From positions 1 through 52,651 of the IMG/VR virus record IMGVR_UViG_3300012921_000050: 52,651 nucleotides of DNA. One strand, written 5' to 3'. Position numbers and translations under genes: made by a program. Shown piece by piece: positions 25,259 through 34,643 of this stretch. The number at the start of each line of letters is the position of its first letter. Positions within the stretch are counted from its first letter, which is position 1. The notes under the pieces are model-generated. The model did no database searches, was not told the DNA's origin, and worked only from the letters and a program-made list of their open reading frames with translations. The DNA comes from a virus (taxonomy: Duplodnaviria; Caudoviricetes).

Positions 25259-26880
25259 TGGCCCGGCCGTTCCAGTCCTCGCTGGTCGATGCCAGCGGGG
25301 CGCCGTTGCGCATGCGTGCGGCCACGCAGGACGCGGCGCACGCGGCGGCGGCGCGATACAGCCCGGAGCTGGCCAACTGGCATCCGTCTCTGCGCAGCGC
25401 GGACGCCGAGTGGCTTCCGGAACGCAACACGGTCGCTGCCCGCGTCCATGACGTCGCCCGCAATAACGGTTGGGCGTCGGGCGCGATGCAGCGCTTTGTC
25501 GACCAGGCGATCGGCGCCGACTTCCGGCTGTCATATCGCCCGGACTGGATGGCGCTCGGTCTGACGCTGTCGTGGGCGCGCGGCTTTGCGCGCGAGGTGG
25601 AGGCGCGCTTTCGTCTCTGGGCGAACGATCCTCGTTGCCTCTGCGATGCCGGCGAGCGCTCCATGCTCTCGGGGCTTATCGGTCTCGGCTTTCGTCACCG
25701 GATGGTCGACGGCGAGGCTGTCATCTTGCCGCAGTGGATACCGGGTCGTGCCAACGGTTATGCAACCTGTCTGCAGGTGATCGACCCGGACCGGCTGTCG
25801 ACCCCGGACGGAATGATCGACGACGAGACCCTGCGCGGCGGTGTGGAGATCAACGCCTACGGTGCGCCGCAGGCCTATCACTTCCGGGCCGCGCATCCCG
25901 GCGACGCATTCTCCTTTGGTGGCGATGTGATGCGGTGGGTGCGCATCCCACGCGCCACGAAGTGGGGGCGGCAGCGGGTGCTCCATTTCTTCGAGCCGGA
26001 GCGCGCCGGTCAGACGCGCGGCAAGTCCATCCTCACGCCGATCCTCGAGCGGATGATGATGGAGCACAAGTACAGCCGCTATGAGATGCAGGCGGCAGCG
26101 GCCAATGCGGTGTTTGCCGCCGTAATCGAATCCCCCTTCGACACGTCGATGGTCGAGGAGGGGATGCAGATCGGGCCCTACCAGGAGCTGCGCAGCGCGT
26201 TCCACAATGACCCGCAGCGCCGGATTTCGCTTTCGGACGGCGTGCGCATGCCGCACCTGTTTCCGGGCGAAAAGCTCAACTTCCAGACGGCTCAGCGCCC
26301 GAACAGCAATTTCAGCGATTTCGAGCGCGCGTTCCTGCGCTACTTCGCCGCTGCTACCGGCCAGGCGGCGGAGCAGGTCGGGCAGGACTGGTCGCAGACG
26401 AACTATTCGTCGGCTCGCGCGGCGCTGCTCGAGGCATGGAAGTTCCTCACCGCCCGACGCGGTCATTTCGCCAATGGCGTGGCCACGCCGATTTTCGGCC
26501 TCTGGCTGGAGGAAGCGATCGACAAGGGCGACGTGAAGCTGCCGAACGGGGCGCCTGATTTCTGGACAGCGTTTCCCGCATGGGTTCGCTGCCGCTGGAT
26601 CGGTCCGGGCCGTGGCTGGGTCGATCCGGTCAAAGAGGCGCAGGCGGCGCAGATCCGCAAGGACACCCTGCTGTCGACCGATCAGGACGAGGCGGCCGAG
26701 CAGGGGCGCGATATCGAGGAGATTTACGAGCAGCAGGCTCACGAGCGCGCACTGCGCCAAGAGTACGGGCTGCCGGAGACCAAGGCGGCGGGCGTCATCG
26801 ACGAGGCCGATCCGGACGCTAACGACGAGAAAGAAAACCAGCAGTCCGGGGCCCGTGCTCTGGTCCGGCGGGGGAGCTGA
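25258..26880 (+). CDS. Portal protein, lambda family
   Basis: RNNGWA, DGE, GQTRG, NYSSARA, GWVDP.KE. Confidence 0.95.
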   Translation: MARPFQSSLVDASGAPLRMRAATQDAAHAAAARYSPELANWHPSLRSADAEWLPERNTVAARVHDVARNNGWASGAMQRFVDQAIGADFRLSYRPDWMALGLTLSWARGFAREVEARFRLWANDPRCLCDAGERSMLSGLIGLGFRHRMVDGEAVILPQWIPGRANGYATCLQVIDPDRLSTPDGMIDDETLRGGVEINAYGAPQAYHFRAAHPGDAFSFGGDVMRWVRIPRATKWGRQRVLHFFEPERAGQTRGKSILTPILERMMMEHKYSRYEMQAAAANAVFAAVIESPFDTSMVEEGMQIGPYQELRSAFHNDPQRRISLSDGVRMPHLFPGEKLNFQTAQRPNSNFSDFERAFLRYFAAATGQAAEQVGQDWSQTNYSSARAALLEAWKFLTARRGHFANGVATPIFGLWLEEAIDKGDVKLPNGAPDFWTAFPAWVRCRWIGPGRGWVDPVKEAQAAQIRKDTLLSTDQDEAAEQGRDIEEIYEQQAHERALRQEYGLPETKAAGVIDEADPDANDEKENQQSGARALVRRGS

Positions 26881-26882
26881 TC

Positions 26883-28280
26883 ATGCCGCTCGACTACACG
26901 AACCTGCGGGCGCGGCTGTTCAACCGGCCGCTGCTGGTGACCCCGGATCGCGCGCGCGACCTGGCCGCTGTCTTTGCCGTCCGCGCCGGCTGGAAGGGCG
27001 AACTGCTCGTCCACACCGCCGAGGGCGTGATGGCGACCGATCTAGACAAGGTTGCGGCGCAAGCGGCGGAGGCGGCCGTCGCCTACGTGGACGGCGAGGC
27101 GCGCAAACCCTACGCGGTCGACCGCGGCATCGCGCGTATCGACATCGTCGGGACGCTGGTGGCGAAGCTCGGCACCATGCAGCCCTGGTCGGGCATGACC
27201 GGCTACGACGGCATCATCGCCCGGATCTACGCGGCAGGTGACGACGACGAGGTGCGCGGAATCTTCGTCGACGCCGAGACGCCCGGCGGCGAGGTGCATT
27301 CGAGCCTGCAGGAGGCGGCGCGCGCCATCGACCGGGCCGCCGCCAAGAAGCCGCTCTGGGTGTCGTGTTCCGACTACGCCTATTCGGCCGGCTACTGGCT
27401 GGCCTCGCGGGCGCACCGGGTCATCGTGCCGCCGACCGGCGGCGTGGGCAGCATCGGCGCCGTCGTGCTCCACGCCGACTTCAGCAAGATGCTCGACAAG
27501 GCGGGAATCAAGGTCACGTTGATTCACGCGGGCGCCCACAAGGTGGACGCCAATCCTTACGAACCTCTGCCCGAAGCCGTGCGCGACGAGATCCAAGGCG
27601 AGGTCGAAGACATCCGCACGATGTTCGCGGAATCTGTCGCCGAGGGCCGGATGCTCGAGGTCGACGAGGTTTTGGAAACCGAGGCGCGCTGCCTCAGCGC
27701 CCGGGATGCCGTCGAGCTCGGCCTGGCCGACGACGTGCTGACCCCGAGCGACGCCTTCGCCGCATTCGCGGCGGAACTGGACGGAGGCGGCGCCTCCGTT
27801 GCTCCACCACAGCGAAAGGAAAACGCGATGAAGACAAAGCCCGGAGCAGCGGCGCCATCCGCTGCGAAGCCAAAGGCCGAAGGCGAGAAGCCCGAGGACG
27901 AGAAGAAGCCCGAGGACGAGAAAATGCCCGAAGGTGAGAAGCAGGAAGACGAAAAGAAGCCCGAGGACGAGAAGAAGCCGGAAGGCGAGGCGGCCAAGGC
28001 TGCCGCTCCTGCCGGCGAGCGCGGGCGCATCGCCGCCATCCTGGACGCCCCCGAGGCCAAGGGCCGCGAAGGCCTCGCTCGCCACTTCGCGCTGCAGACC
28101 GAGATGAGCGCGGCGGACGCCGTCAAGGCTCTGGCTGCGGCGCCGAAGGAGAGCGGCGGCCTCGCCAGTGCGATGGCGGGCGTCGGCTCCCAGGCGATCG
28201 GCGACGGCCAGTCGCCGAAGGCGAGCGGCGGCGGCTGGGATCACGCCATCGCAAAGGCGTGCGGGCCGGCCAAGGGCTGA
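26883..28280 (+). CDS. S49 capsid maturation protease with C-terminal scaffold
   Basis: ETPGGEV, AYSAGYWLAS, GSIGAV; internal AAGGA-ATG at 27828 (Nu3-like). Confidence 0.93.
   Translation: MPLDYTNLRARLFNRPLLVTPDRARDLAAVFAVRAGWKGELLVHTAEGVMATDLDKVAAQAAEAAVAYVDGEARKPYAVDRGIARIDIVGTLVAKLGTMQPWSGMTGYDGIIARIYAAGDDDEVRGIFVDAETPGGEVHSSLQEAARAIDRAAAKKPLWVSCSDYAYSAGYWLASRAHRVIVPPTGGVGSIGAVVLHADFSKMLDKAGIKVTLIHAGAHKVDANPYEPLPEAVRDEIQGEVEDIRTMFAESVAEGRMLEVDEVLETEARCLSARDAVELGLADDVLTPSDAFAAFAAELDGGGASVAPPQRKENAMKTKPGAAAPSAAKPKAEGEKPEDEKKPEDEKMPEGEKQEDEKKPEDEKKPEGEAAKAAAPAGERGRIAAILDAPEAKGREGLARHFALQTEMSAADAVKALAAAPKESGGLASAMAGVGSQAIGDGQSPKASGGGWDHAIAKACGPAKG
27887..27985 (+). repeat. Coding tandem repeat (K)KPEDE in the scaffold region
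   Basis: AAGCCCGAGGACGAG units encoding KPEDEKKPEDEKMPEGEKQEDEKKPEDEKKPEG. Confidence 0.8.
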
Positions 28281-28329
28281 CCCAAGCGCCGGGGCGACCG
28301 CTCCGGTGCATGCAACCATCTGAGCCGTC

Positions 28330-28344
28330 GCGAACGCCGTTCGC
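28330..28344. promoter_or_regulatory. 15-bp palindrome copy 7
   Basis: Intergenic, just upstream of the decoration gene RBS. Confidence 0.8.
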
Positions 28345-28366
28345 CGGCCAAGTCGGAGTAGAGTGA

Positions 28367-29278
28367 ATGACGACGAAGACCGAGACCCCGCATGCCGGGG
28401 AGTTTCTTGTTTCCGAGGCCGAGGGCACGCGGTCGCGCAGGGCGATCACGGTCCTGGCCGACCAGGTGCTGAAGGCGGGCGCCATCATCGGCTTCCTGCT
28501 CGGCGCCACGGCGCTGGCCGGCGCCAACACCGGCAACGGAGCCATGGGCGCCATCACGGTCGGTGCGCAGGTGGAGAAGGGCGCCTACGTGCTCAAGATC
28601 ACCGAGGCGCAGACCGGGCTCGGCGCGGCGACCCCCGCGGCGGCGGCCGGCAACACCGGCGGTTCCGGCACCATCGGCGCCGTCACCGTGGGCGCCGCCA
28701 AGAAGGGCGTCTACAAGGTGGTGTGCATCGAGCCGGCGAGCAACGCCGGCAAGTTCACGGTCGAGGACCCGGACGGCATCACGGTCGGTGTCGCCACCGT
28801 GGCGGTGGAGTTCGTCGGCGGCGGACTGACCTTCACCATCGCCGACGCGACGGATTTCGTCGCGGGTGATTCGTTCACCATTACGGTGGCCGGCGGCAAT
28901 AACGGCGCCTTCTCGCTGAAGACCCCGTCCGGCTACTACCTGCCGAACGGTGCGGTCGGCGCGGCCTACACCTCAGACCACCTGAACTTCACGCTGGCGG
29001 ACGGCGCCACCGACTTCATCGTCGGCGACACGTTCACCATCACGGTCGCCGAGGGCAAGGTGAAGGCGTTCAACCCGGCCAATACGGACGGTTCGCAGGT
29101 CGCCGCCGGCATCCTCTTCGACGCGGTCGATGCGACCGGCGCCGACAAGCCAGGTGTCGCCTTCGTGCGCGACATCGAGTTCAACGAAGACGAGGTCACG
29201 TGGTTCTCCGGCGCCACGACCGACCAGAAGACGGCCGGCAAGGCACAGCTGGCTAAGCTCGGCATCATCGCGCGCTAG
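28367..29278 (+). CDS. Head decoration protein (gpD-like) with inserted beta-rich domains
   Basis: EFLVSEA.G.RSR N-terminus; DGSQ.AAGIL..AVDAT..D and QLAKLGIIAR C-terminus. Confidence 0.9.
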   Translation: MTTKTETPHAGEFLVSEAEGTRSRRAITVLADQVLKAGAIIGFLLGATALAGANTGNGAMGAITVGAQVEKGAYVLKITEAQTGLGAATPAAAAGNTGGSGTIGAVTVGAAKKGVYKVVCIEPASNAGKFTVEDPDGITVGVATVAVEFVGGGLTFTIADATDFVAGDSFTITVAGGNNGAFSLKTPSGYYLPNGAVGAAYTSDHLNFTLADGATDFIVGDTFTITVAEGKVKAFNPANTDGSQVAAGILFDAVDATGADKPGVAFVRDIEFNEDEVTWFSGATTDQKTAGKAQLAKLGIIAR

Positions 29279-29305
29279 CGACCGCGGCCGGGTCGCCCAT
29301 CGAGC

Positions 29306-29333
29306 GGGCCCCCGATCGGGGCCCTTTTGTTTT
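29306..29333 (+). terminator. Terminator-like hairpin between decoration and capsid genes
   Basis: GGGCCCC-CGATC-GGGGCCC followed by TTTTGTTTT. Confidence 0.7.
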
Positions 29334-29354
29334 CCCTCAACAGGAGTCCGTTCC

Positions 29355-30383
29355 ATGGCAAGCATGGATATCTTCAAAGGGGACGCCTTCTCGTGCCTGT
29401 CGCTCACCGGCGCGGTCGAGAAGATTCCCTACCAGCCTTCCTATCTCGGCACGCTGCCGGGGCTCTTCGCCCCCAAGCCGGTCCGCACCACCACCGTGGC
29501 GATCGAGGAGCGCGCAGGCGTCCTCAGCGTCATCCAGACGAGCGAGCGCGGTCAGTCGCTCGAGCAGCGCACCAGCGAGAAACGCAACATCCGCGACTTC
29601 CGCACGGTGCGTATTGCCAAGGGCGATCGGCTGGAGGCCAGCGAGGTCCAGAACATCCGGGCCTTCGGTTCGGAAAGCGAGCTGATGCAGGTGCAGCAGG
29701 AGATCGCGCGCCGCCTCGGCGGCCCGACCGGCCTCCGCGCCGAGGTCGAGCTGACGCATGAGAACATGCGTCTCGGCGCCGTGCAGGGCATCGTCTACGA
29801 CGCCGATGGCACGACGGTCCTGCGCAACTGGTTCACGGAGTTCGGCGTCGAGCAGGACGAAGAAATCGACTTCGCGCTCGGTACCGATGGCACCGACGTG
29901 CGCAGGAAATGCACGCAGGTCGTTCGTCAGACACTGCGCGCTCTCGGCGGCGTGGCCGGCACGGGGCTGCAGATCATCGGCCTGTCCAGCGATGCCTTCT
30001 GGGATGACCTGGTGGGGCACCCGAAGGTGCGCGACACCTACCTCGCCCAGCAGGAGGCCAAGGACCTGCGGAAGGGTGTGGCGTTCGAGTCGGTGCATTT
30101 CGGCGGCATCGACTTCGTCAACTACCGCGGCATGGATGACGGCACCAGCGTCTCGGTGCCGGCCAACAAGTGCAAGTTCTTCCCGAACGTGCCCGGCGTC
30201 TTCGAGGTGGCCTACTCACCGGCCGAGACCTTCGACTACGTCAACACGCCCGGGCAGCCGGTCTATTCGATGATCGTGCCGGACGAGAAGCGCAACATGT
30301 TCGTCGACCTCGAGGTCTACTCGTACCCGCTCTTCGTCTGCAAGCGGCCGAAGGCCCTGCAGCGCGCCAAGCGGGTGGCCTGA
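29355..30383 (+). CDS. Major capsid protein (lambda gpE family)
   Basis: MDIF..DAFS..SLT, E.T.E..R.GA.QG, PAET...VNT.G, PL..CKRP. Confidence 0.93.
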   Translation: MASMDIFKGDAFSCLSLTGAVEKIPYQPSYLGTLPGLFAPKPVRTTTVAIEERAGVLSVIQTSERGQSLEQRTSEKRNIRDFRTVRIAKGDRLEASEVQNIRAFGSESELMQVQQEIARRLGGPTGLRAEVELTHENMRLGAVQGIVYDADGTTVLRNWFTEFGVEQDEEIDFALGTDGTDVRRKCTQVVRQTLRALGGVAGTGLQIIGLSSDAFWDDLVGHPKVRDTYLAQQEAKDLRKGVAFESVHFGGIDFVNYRGMDDGTSVSVPANKCKFFPNVPGVFEVAYSPAETFDYVNTPGQPVYSMIVPDEKRNMFVDLEVYSYPLFVCKRPKALQRAKRVA

Positions 30384-30465
30384 TAGGCAATCGAAGAGAG
30401 GCGGCTACCCGGGACCGGTTCGCCGGCCCGGGTGGCCGCCCAGATACATCCTGACGGGGCGGCCC

Positions 30466-30816
30466 ATGACGGTGTTTGCCGACGCGATCGACGCCCTGTT
30501 TGCTGACGATAACCTCGCCCGCGACGGCACCTACACGCAGCCCAACCCGCCCGGCGGTGCGGCCGTGGCGGTGCGCGTCATGCTGCGCAAGCCGGACGCC
30601 ATGCGCGACGGTGCGCTGTTCGGCGGGGCCGGGGTGCAGCTCTCGCCGGCCGCGCAGGCGGCGGCGTGGGTCGCTGAAATCCGCCGGAGCGAGGTCGCGC
30701 TGCCGGCGCGTGCGGGCACGTTGTCTGTAGACGGCCGGTCCTATCCGGTCGCGGACGTCGTGCTGGACGATGACGACGGCCTGGTCTGGCTGCTCTCGCT
30801 CGGAAAGCCCGTCTGA
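30466..30816 (+). CDS. Head-tail joining protein (FII-like)
   Basis: FADAIDALFAD.NLARD; position. Confidence 0.75.
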   Translation: MTVFADAIDALFADDNLARDGTYTQPNPPGGAAVAVRVMLRKPDAMRDGALFGGAGVQLSPAAQAAAWVAEIRRSEVALPARAGTLSVDGRSYPVADVVLDDDDGLVWLLSLGKPV

Positions 30817-31283
30817 TGCCGACACCGTGCAAGGAGCAGCTCCTCGCCGCCGTCGCGACGGCGCTTGGGGGTATCACCGGAGTATCCGGCTTCACGGCGG
30901 CCTCGGTCGAGCGCGACCGGGAGATCGGCAAGCCAATCATCGAGACCGAGTTTCCGCGCCTCGTGATCTACGAGGGCGCCGAGTTGCCCGCCGACGCCTT
31001 CACCGGCGAGGACGGGTTCCAGCAGACCATCGAGATTCACGGCGCCGCGCTGGGCGCGACCCTTGCCGAGGCCCGGGCCACGGGCGCGGTGCTGCGGGCG
31101 AAGATCCGTGACGCGCTCTGGGCCGCATTCCCCTTCGACAACAAGGCCCGCGACCTTCAGCCCGCCGAGGAGCCGCCGCCGGTGCGCCTGGCCCTCGAAT
31201 GCCTGGACCGCGCCTACGGCTTCGAGCTGTCCGTCACCATCGAGTACGCCACGAAGGAAGGCGACTCGTTCACGTTTGCCTGA
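30816..31283 (+). CDS. Tail terminator-like protein
   Basis: EQLLAAV...L, V.RDR, P.L.IYEG, IEY.T..GD; position. Confidence 0.7.
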   Translation: MPTPCKEQLLAAVATALGGITGVSGFTAASVERDREIGKPIIETEFPRLVIYEGAELPADAFTGEDGFQQTIEIHGAALGATLAEARATGAVLRAKIRDALWAAFPFDNKARDLQPAEEPPPVRLALECLDRAYGFELSVTIEYATKEGDSFTFA

Positions 31284-31349
31284 GCCGCCTGGGCGCTTTT
31301 GCTTCGCAAAACGCCGGGCGGCTTGGCGCTTTTGCTGCCGCAAAACGCC
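31283..31349. repeat. Tandem duplicated palindrome GGCGCTTTTGC-N3/4-GCAAAACGCC
   Basis: Copies at 31292-31315 and 31325-31349; the first sits inside an outer AGCCGCC/GGCGGCT stem. Confidence 0.75.
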
Positions 31350-31351
31350 TA

Positions 31352-31366
31352 GCGAACGCCGTTCGC
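31352..31366. promoter_or_regulatory. 15-bp palindrome copy 8
   Basis: Intergenic, just before an AAGGAG RBS. Confidence 0.8.
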
Positions 31367-31383
31367 CAACCAAGGAGACCTTC

Positions 31384-31554
31384 ATGGACACACCGACGAC
31401 CCCGCCGATCGGCGGCTCGCGCAGCGTGGCGCAGCTCGAAGCGCTGAGCCTGCTGCAGGCCGGGCGCCCGGTCAACCGGGCCGACCTCCACCCCGACGAC
31501 GAGAAGTTCCTGCCGAAAAAGCAGGAAGCCTCGGACGCTCCCGCCACCGAGTAA
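31384..31554 (+). CDS. Small protein preceding the major tail gene
   Basis: AAGGAG RBS; 56 aa. Confidence 0.6.
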   Translation: MDTPTTPPIGGSRSVAQLEALSLLQAGRPVNRADLHPDDEKFLPKKQEASDAPATE

Positions 31555-31566
31555 CGGAGACGCGCC

Positions 31567-32748
31567 ATGAGCTTTCGCGACAAGAACCGGCAATACGCCA
31601 TCGGCCTCGAGTCGGCGCCCGGCACCGACGCCACGCCGAACGCGGCGACCGACGCGGTGAAGATCGAGCCGACCAAGGTCGGCAAGAACTTCGAGACCGT
31701 CGACACCTCGACCGAGACGACGGGCAGCCTCTCGGCGTCCAACCCGATCCCGGCCGGCGGCTTCGTCACCGCGCCGGTGTCCAGCTTCCTGCGCTCCAAT
31801 GGCGCGCCCGGCACGTCCGGCCCGAAGGTCGGCCGCTTCCTGCAGGCCGGCGCCTGCTCGGAGACGCTGCTCGCCGCCGCGGTCGCCAACACGGCGCAGG
31901 CGGGCTCCTCGAGCACCATCCAGTTGCATGCCGGCGCGTCGTCAGTCACCGACATCTACAAGGGCATGGTCATCCGCACCACGGCGGGCACCGGGCCGGG
32001 CCAGATGCGCGTGATCACGGCCTACAACGGCACGACGAAGAACGCCTCGGTCTACCCTAACTGGTCGGTCAACCCGGCGAGCGACACCGAGTTCTCGATC
32101 GAGGCCTGCGCGCTCTACCGCCCGGTGTCGAGCGGTCTCAAGGCGGCCTCGTTCTACCAGTGGGAGCACCACAACGACGCCTCCGAGAACAGCATCCTCA
32201 CGAAGCTGATCGGAGCCATGGGCAGCGTCGGCATCGAAATCCCGGTGCGCCAGCCGGCGAAGCTGACGACGCAGCTCCGCGGACTGTTCCCGGCCGCGTC
32301 GACCGACGTGAGCAAGCCCGCGGCCCCGGTCGCCGACGAGGCCAATCCGCCGCTCTTCATGGGCGCGGACGCCTATCTGGGCGGCACGGCGGTGAAGTTC
32401 AACCGCTTCATGCTCAATTTCGGCCTGTCCATCGAGCAGTTCGACAACCCGGCGGCCGAGTTCGGCTACGACCCGGCCGACGTCGTCGCCCGCAAGGTGA
32501 CCTTCGAGCTCAACCCGCAGCGCACGCACGTGGCGACGCGCGACGCGATGTCGGACTTCCTCAACGGCACGTCGCGCATGATCTGGCTGCGCTGGGGCAA
32601 GACGGCGGGCCACCGTTTCAGCCTGTTCGTCCCGGGCGGCCAGTACGAGTCGCCGCCCGAGGAGGACACGGTGCGCGGCCTGACGGCCGAGCGCCTGAAG
32701 GGGCAGGCGACGGGGCGCGACGCGGAGTTCTTCCTCGCCGCCTTCTAG
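31567..32748 (+). CDS. Major tail (tube) protein with an inserted domain
   Basis: ES..GTDA.P N-terminus, tube-like C-terminus; insert DIYKGMVI...AGTG.GQ.R.ITAY.G.TK. Confidence 0.8.
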   Translation: MSFRDKNRQYAIGLESAPGTDATPNAATDAVKIEPTKVGKNFETVDTSTETTGSLSASNPIPAGGFVTAPVSSFLRSNGAPGTSGPKVGRFLQAGACSETLLAAAVANTAQAGSSSTIQLHAGASSVTDIYKGMVIRTTAGTGPGQMRVITAYNGTTKNASVYPNWSVNPASDTEFSIEACALYRPVSSGLKAASFYQWEHHNDASENSILTKLIGAMGSVGIEIPVRQPAKLTTQLRGLFPAASTDVSKPAAPVADEANPPLFMGADAYLGGTAVKFNRFMLNFGLSIEQFDNPAAEFGYDPADVVARKVTFELNPQRTHVATRDAMSDFLNGTSRMIWLRWGKTAGHRFSLFVPGGQYESPPEEDTVRGLTAERLKGQATGRDAEFFLAAF

Positions 32749-32813
32749 CGTTCAACGGGCGCAGCCCTCTCGGGGGCGGTGCCAGCCAGGCCCGGGCGCA
32801 AGTCCGGACCGGG

Positions 32814-32844
32814 GCGGAGCCGGGTCAGATCCGGCTCCGCTTTT
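32814..32844 (+). terminator. Terminator-like hairpin after the major tail gene
   Basis: GCGGAGCCGG-N7-CCGGCTCCGC followed by TTTT. Confidence 0.65.
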
Positions 32845-32871
32845 CACCCTTGATCTGACCAAGGAGCGTTC

Positions 32872-33630
32872 ATGGCCAAGATTCTCAACCCGAAGGAGCC
32901 CGTGCGGTTCTCTCCGGAAGACCAGCTCACACGTCCGGAAGGCGAGCGCATCGTCTACCTGCTGAAGGTTCCCGACCGCTGGGACCGCATCAACCTGCGC
33001 AAGGCGCTGGCGGCGCGCGGCGCGCGTCAGGCCGGCTGGCTCGACCTGGCTCTCGCCATGCGGGCCATCGTGGCGCAGAACGACGCCGAGAGCGCCCGGC
33101 CGGTTCTGGCTTCCCTCGAAACCTTCATCGAGCGCGTCCGGGCCTATGGCGCGCAGGATTTCGGAACGACCGACGAGGGCATCAAGGCTCGGGTCCGCGA
33201 GCACCTCACCCTGTCGGCCTATTGGGACGAGTTGAAGCCGCTGGCCGATATCTGCGCCTCGGCGTCGGCCTCCTTTGCTTCGCTGCGCGGCGACGGCGAA
33301 GTCTATCTCGAGCTTGCCTCCATCGAAGCGGCCCGCATCTTCCTGCGCGGCTGGGAAGGCGCGCCGGCAGACGGTAAGAAAATGCCGGCATTCGATCGCG
33401 GCGTGAACGGCGTGCCGGTGGAGACGCTTGAGTTGCTGCCGCCCGGCCACGTCTTCGCCATCTACGAAAGGCTCGAGGAACTGCTCAAGCCCACGGAGAC
33501 GGAAGCGGGAAACTCCGTCTCGCCGTCGCCTGGAGCCGGTACGCAACCGACTTCGGAGACGGCGGCCCCGACAGCGACACCCCCGCAAGCCCCGCCGATC
33601 CCCGCGAGCCCGGAGACGGCTGGGACCTGA
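32872..33630 (+). CDS. Tail assembly chaperone (G-like)
   Basis: Between tail tube and tape measure; AAGGAG RBS; slippery G GGA AAC at 33507. Confidence 0.8.
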   Translation: MAKILNPKEPVRFSPEDQLTRPEGERIVYLLKVPDRWDRINLRKALAARGARQAGWLDLALAMRAIVAQNDAESARPVLASLETFIERVRAYGAQDFGTTDEGIKARVREHLTLSAYWDELKPLADICASASASFASLRGDGEVYLELASIEAARIFLRGWEGAPADGKKMPAFDRGVNGVPVETLELLPPGHVFAIYERLEELLKPTETEAGNSVSPSPGAGTQPTSETAAPTATPPQAPPIPASPETAGT

Positions 33631-33908
33631 GCTGCATCGGCTGGGGCGAGCTGCTCGTCCATCCGGCCTATCTGCTCGACGACGAGGACATGACCCTGCT
33701 GGCGCTCTGGCAGGACTTTCGCGGCGCCGCGCTTCGGGTGCCGGTGCGGGGTCCTGAGGGCGTGACATCGCTGCCTATGGGGCGGATGCCCGGGCGGTTG
33801 CCGTTTTCCGGCAGTCTGCTCGACCAGCCCGCCTGCGTGCTGGCGGCGTTCGAGATCATGAGCGCCGCCGACGACGAGCTGCAGCTTGCCCTGGGAAATC
33901 CCGCATGA
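33510..33908 (+). CDS. Tail assembly chaperone T part, expressed by -1 frameshift (G-T fusion)
   Basis: -1 frame is open from the slippery site to 33908 (KLRLAVAW...LPFSGSLLDQPA). Confidence 0.75.
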   Translation, partial: KLRLAVAWSRYATDFGDGGPDSDTPASPADPREPGDGWDLSCIGWGELLVHPAYLLDDEDMTLLALWQDFRGAALRVPVRGPEGVTSLPMGRMPGRLPFSGSLLDQPACVLAAFEIMSAADDELQLALGNPA

Positions 33909-34591
33909 GCGTCCGCATCCGGCTCGACTTCGCGGGTTTCGGCGATTTCGTGAAGCGCGCGGCCGACGACGCCTCGCGCGCCGTCCAGGCAGGCGTGTCG
34001 GCGGCGACGGAAGGCCTGAAGCACGAGCTGCGGCAGGCGGTGATCCGGGCCGGCCTCGGGCCGCGGCTGGCCAACGCCATCGGCTCGGAGGTCTATCCGC
34101 GCGCCGGCCGGCACAGCCTGCGGGCCGCTGGCATGGTGTTCCCGCGCGGCGAGGGGGCGCGGAAGATCTTCGACGCCTTCAACCAGGGCTCGACGATCGC
34201 CTCGCCGGGCGGCGCCTGGCTGGCCATCCCGGTGCTGGAGAACATGCCGGTGCTGGGCCGCGACGCGAAGCCGACGCCCGGCGCGGTGGAGGCCTTCTTC
34301 GGCCGCCGGCTTCGCTTCGTGCCGCCGCGCGCCGCGCATCGGCGGGGCTCCGCGCTGCTGGTGCTGGACAACCTGGTGCGGGGCCGCAACGGGCGGGGCG
34401 TGCGCAACGCCACGCCCCGGCGGGTCAAGGGCGGGCGCGGCGTGGCGCCGCGCAACGCCGAAGACAACGTCGTGATGTTCATCCTGGTGCCGGCCGCGCG
34501 CATGCCCAAGCGGCTGGATTTCGAGTCCGTGGCGCGGCGCTGGGGCGACCGCGTGCCGGAGCTGATCGACCGCTCCACGCCGAAACTTTAG
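33905..34591 (+). CDS. DUF6441-like phage tail/neck protein
   Basis: LK.ELR..V..AGLG.RLAN.I.S.VYP, WLAIP, MFILVP...KRLD. Confidence 0.75.
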   Translation: MSVRIRLDFAGFGDFVKRAADDASRAVQAGVSAATEGLKHELRQAVIRAGLGPRLANAIGSEVYPRAGRHSLRAAGMVFPRGEGARKIFDAFNQGSTIASPGGAWLAIPVLENMPVLGRDAKPTPGAVEAFFGRRLRFVPPRAAHRRGSALLVLDNLVRGRNGRGVRNATPRRVKGGRGVAPRNAEDNVVMFILVPAARMPKRLDFESVARRWGDRVPELIDRSTPKL

Positions 34592-34643
34592 TTTCCCCCG
34601 CGCCTCGCGCGGCCCTGCCGAAACTCCGCCGAAAGGGACGCCG

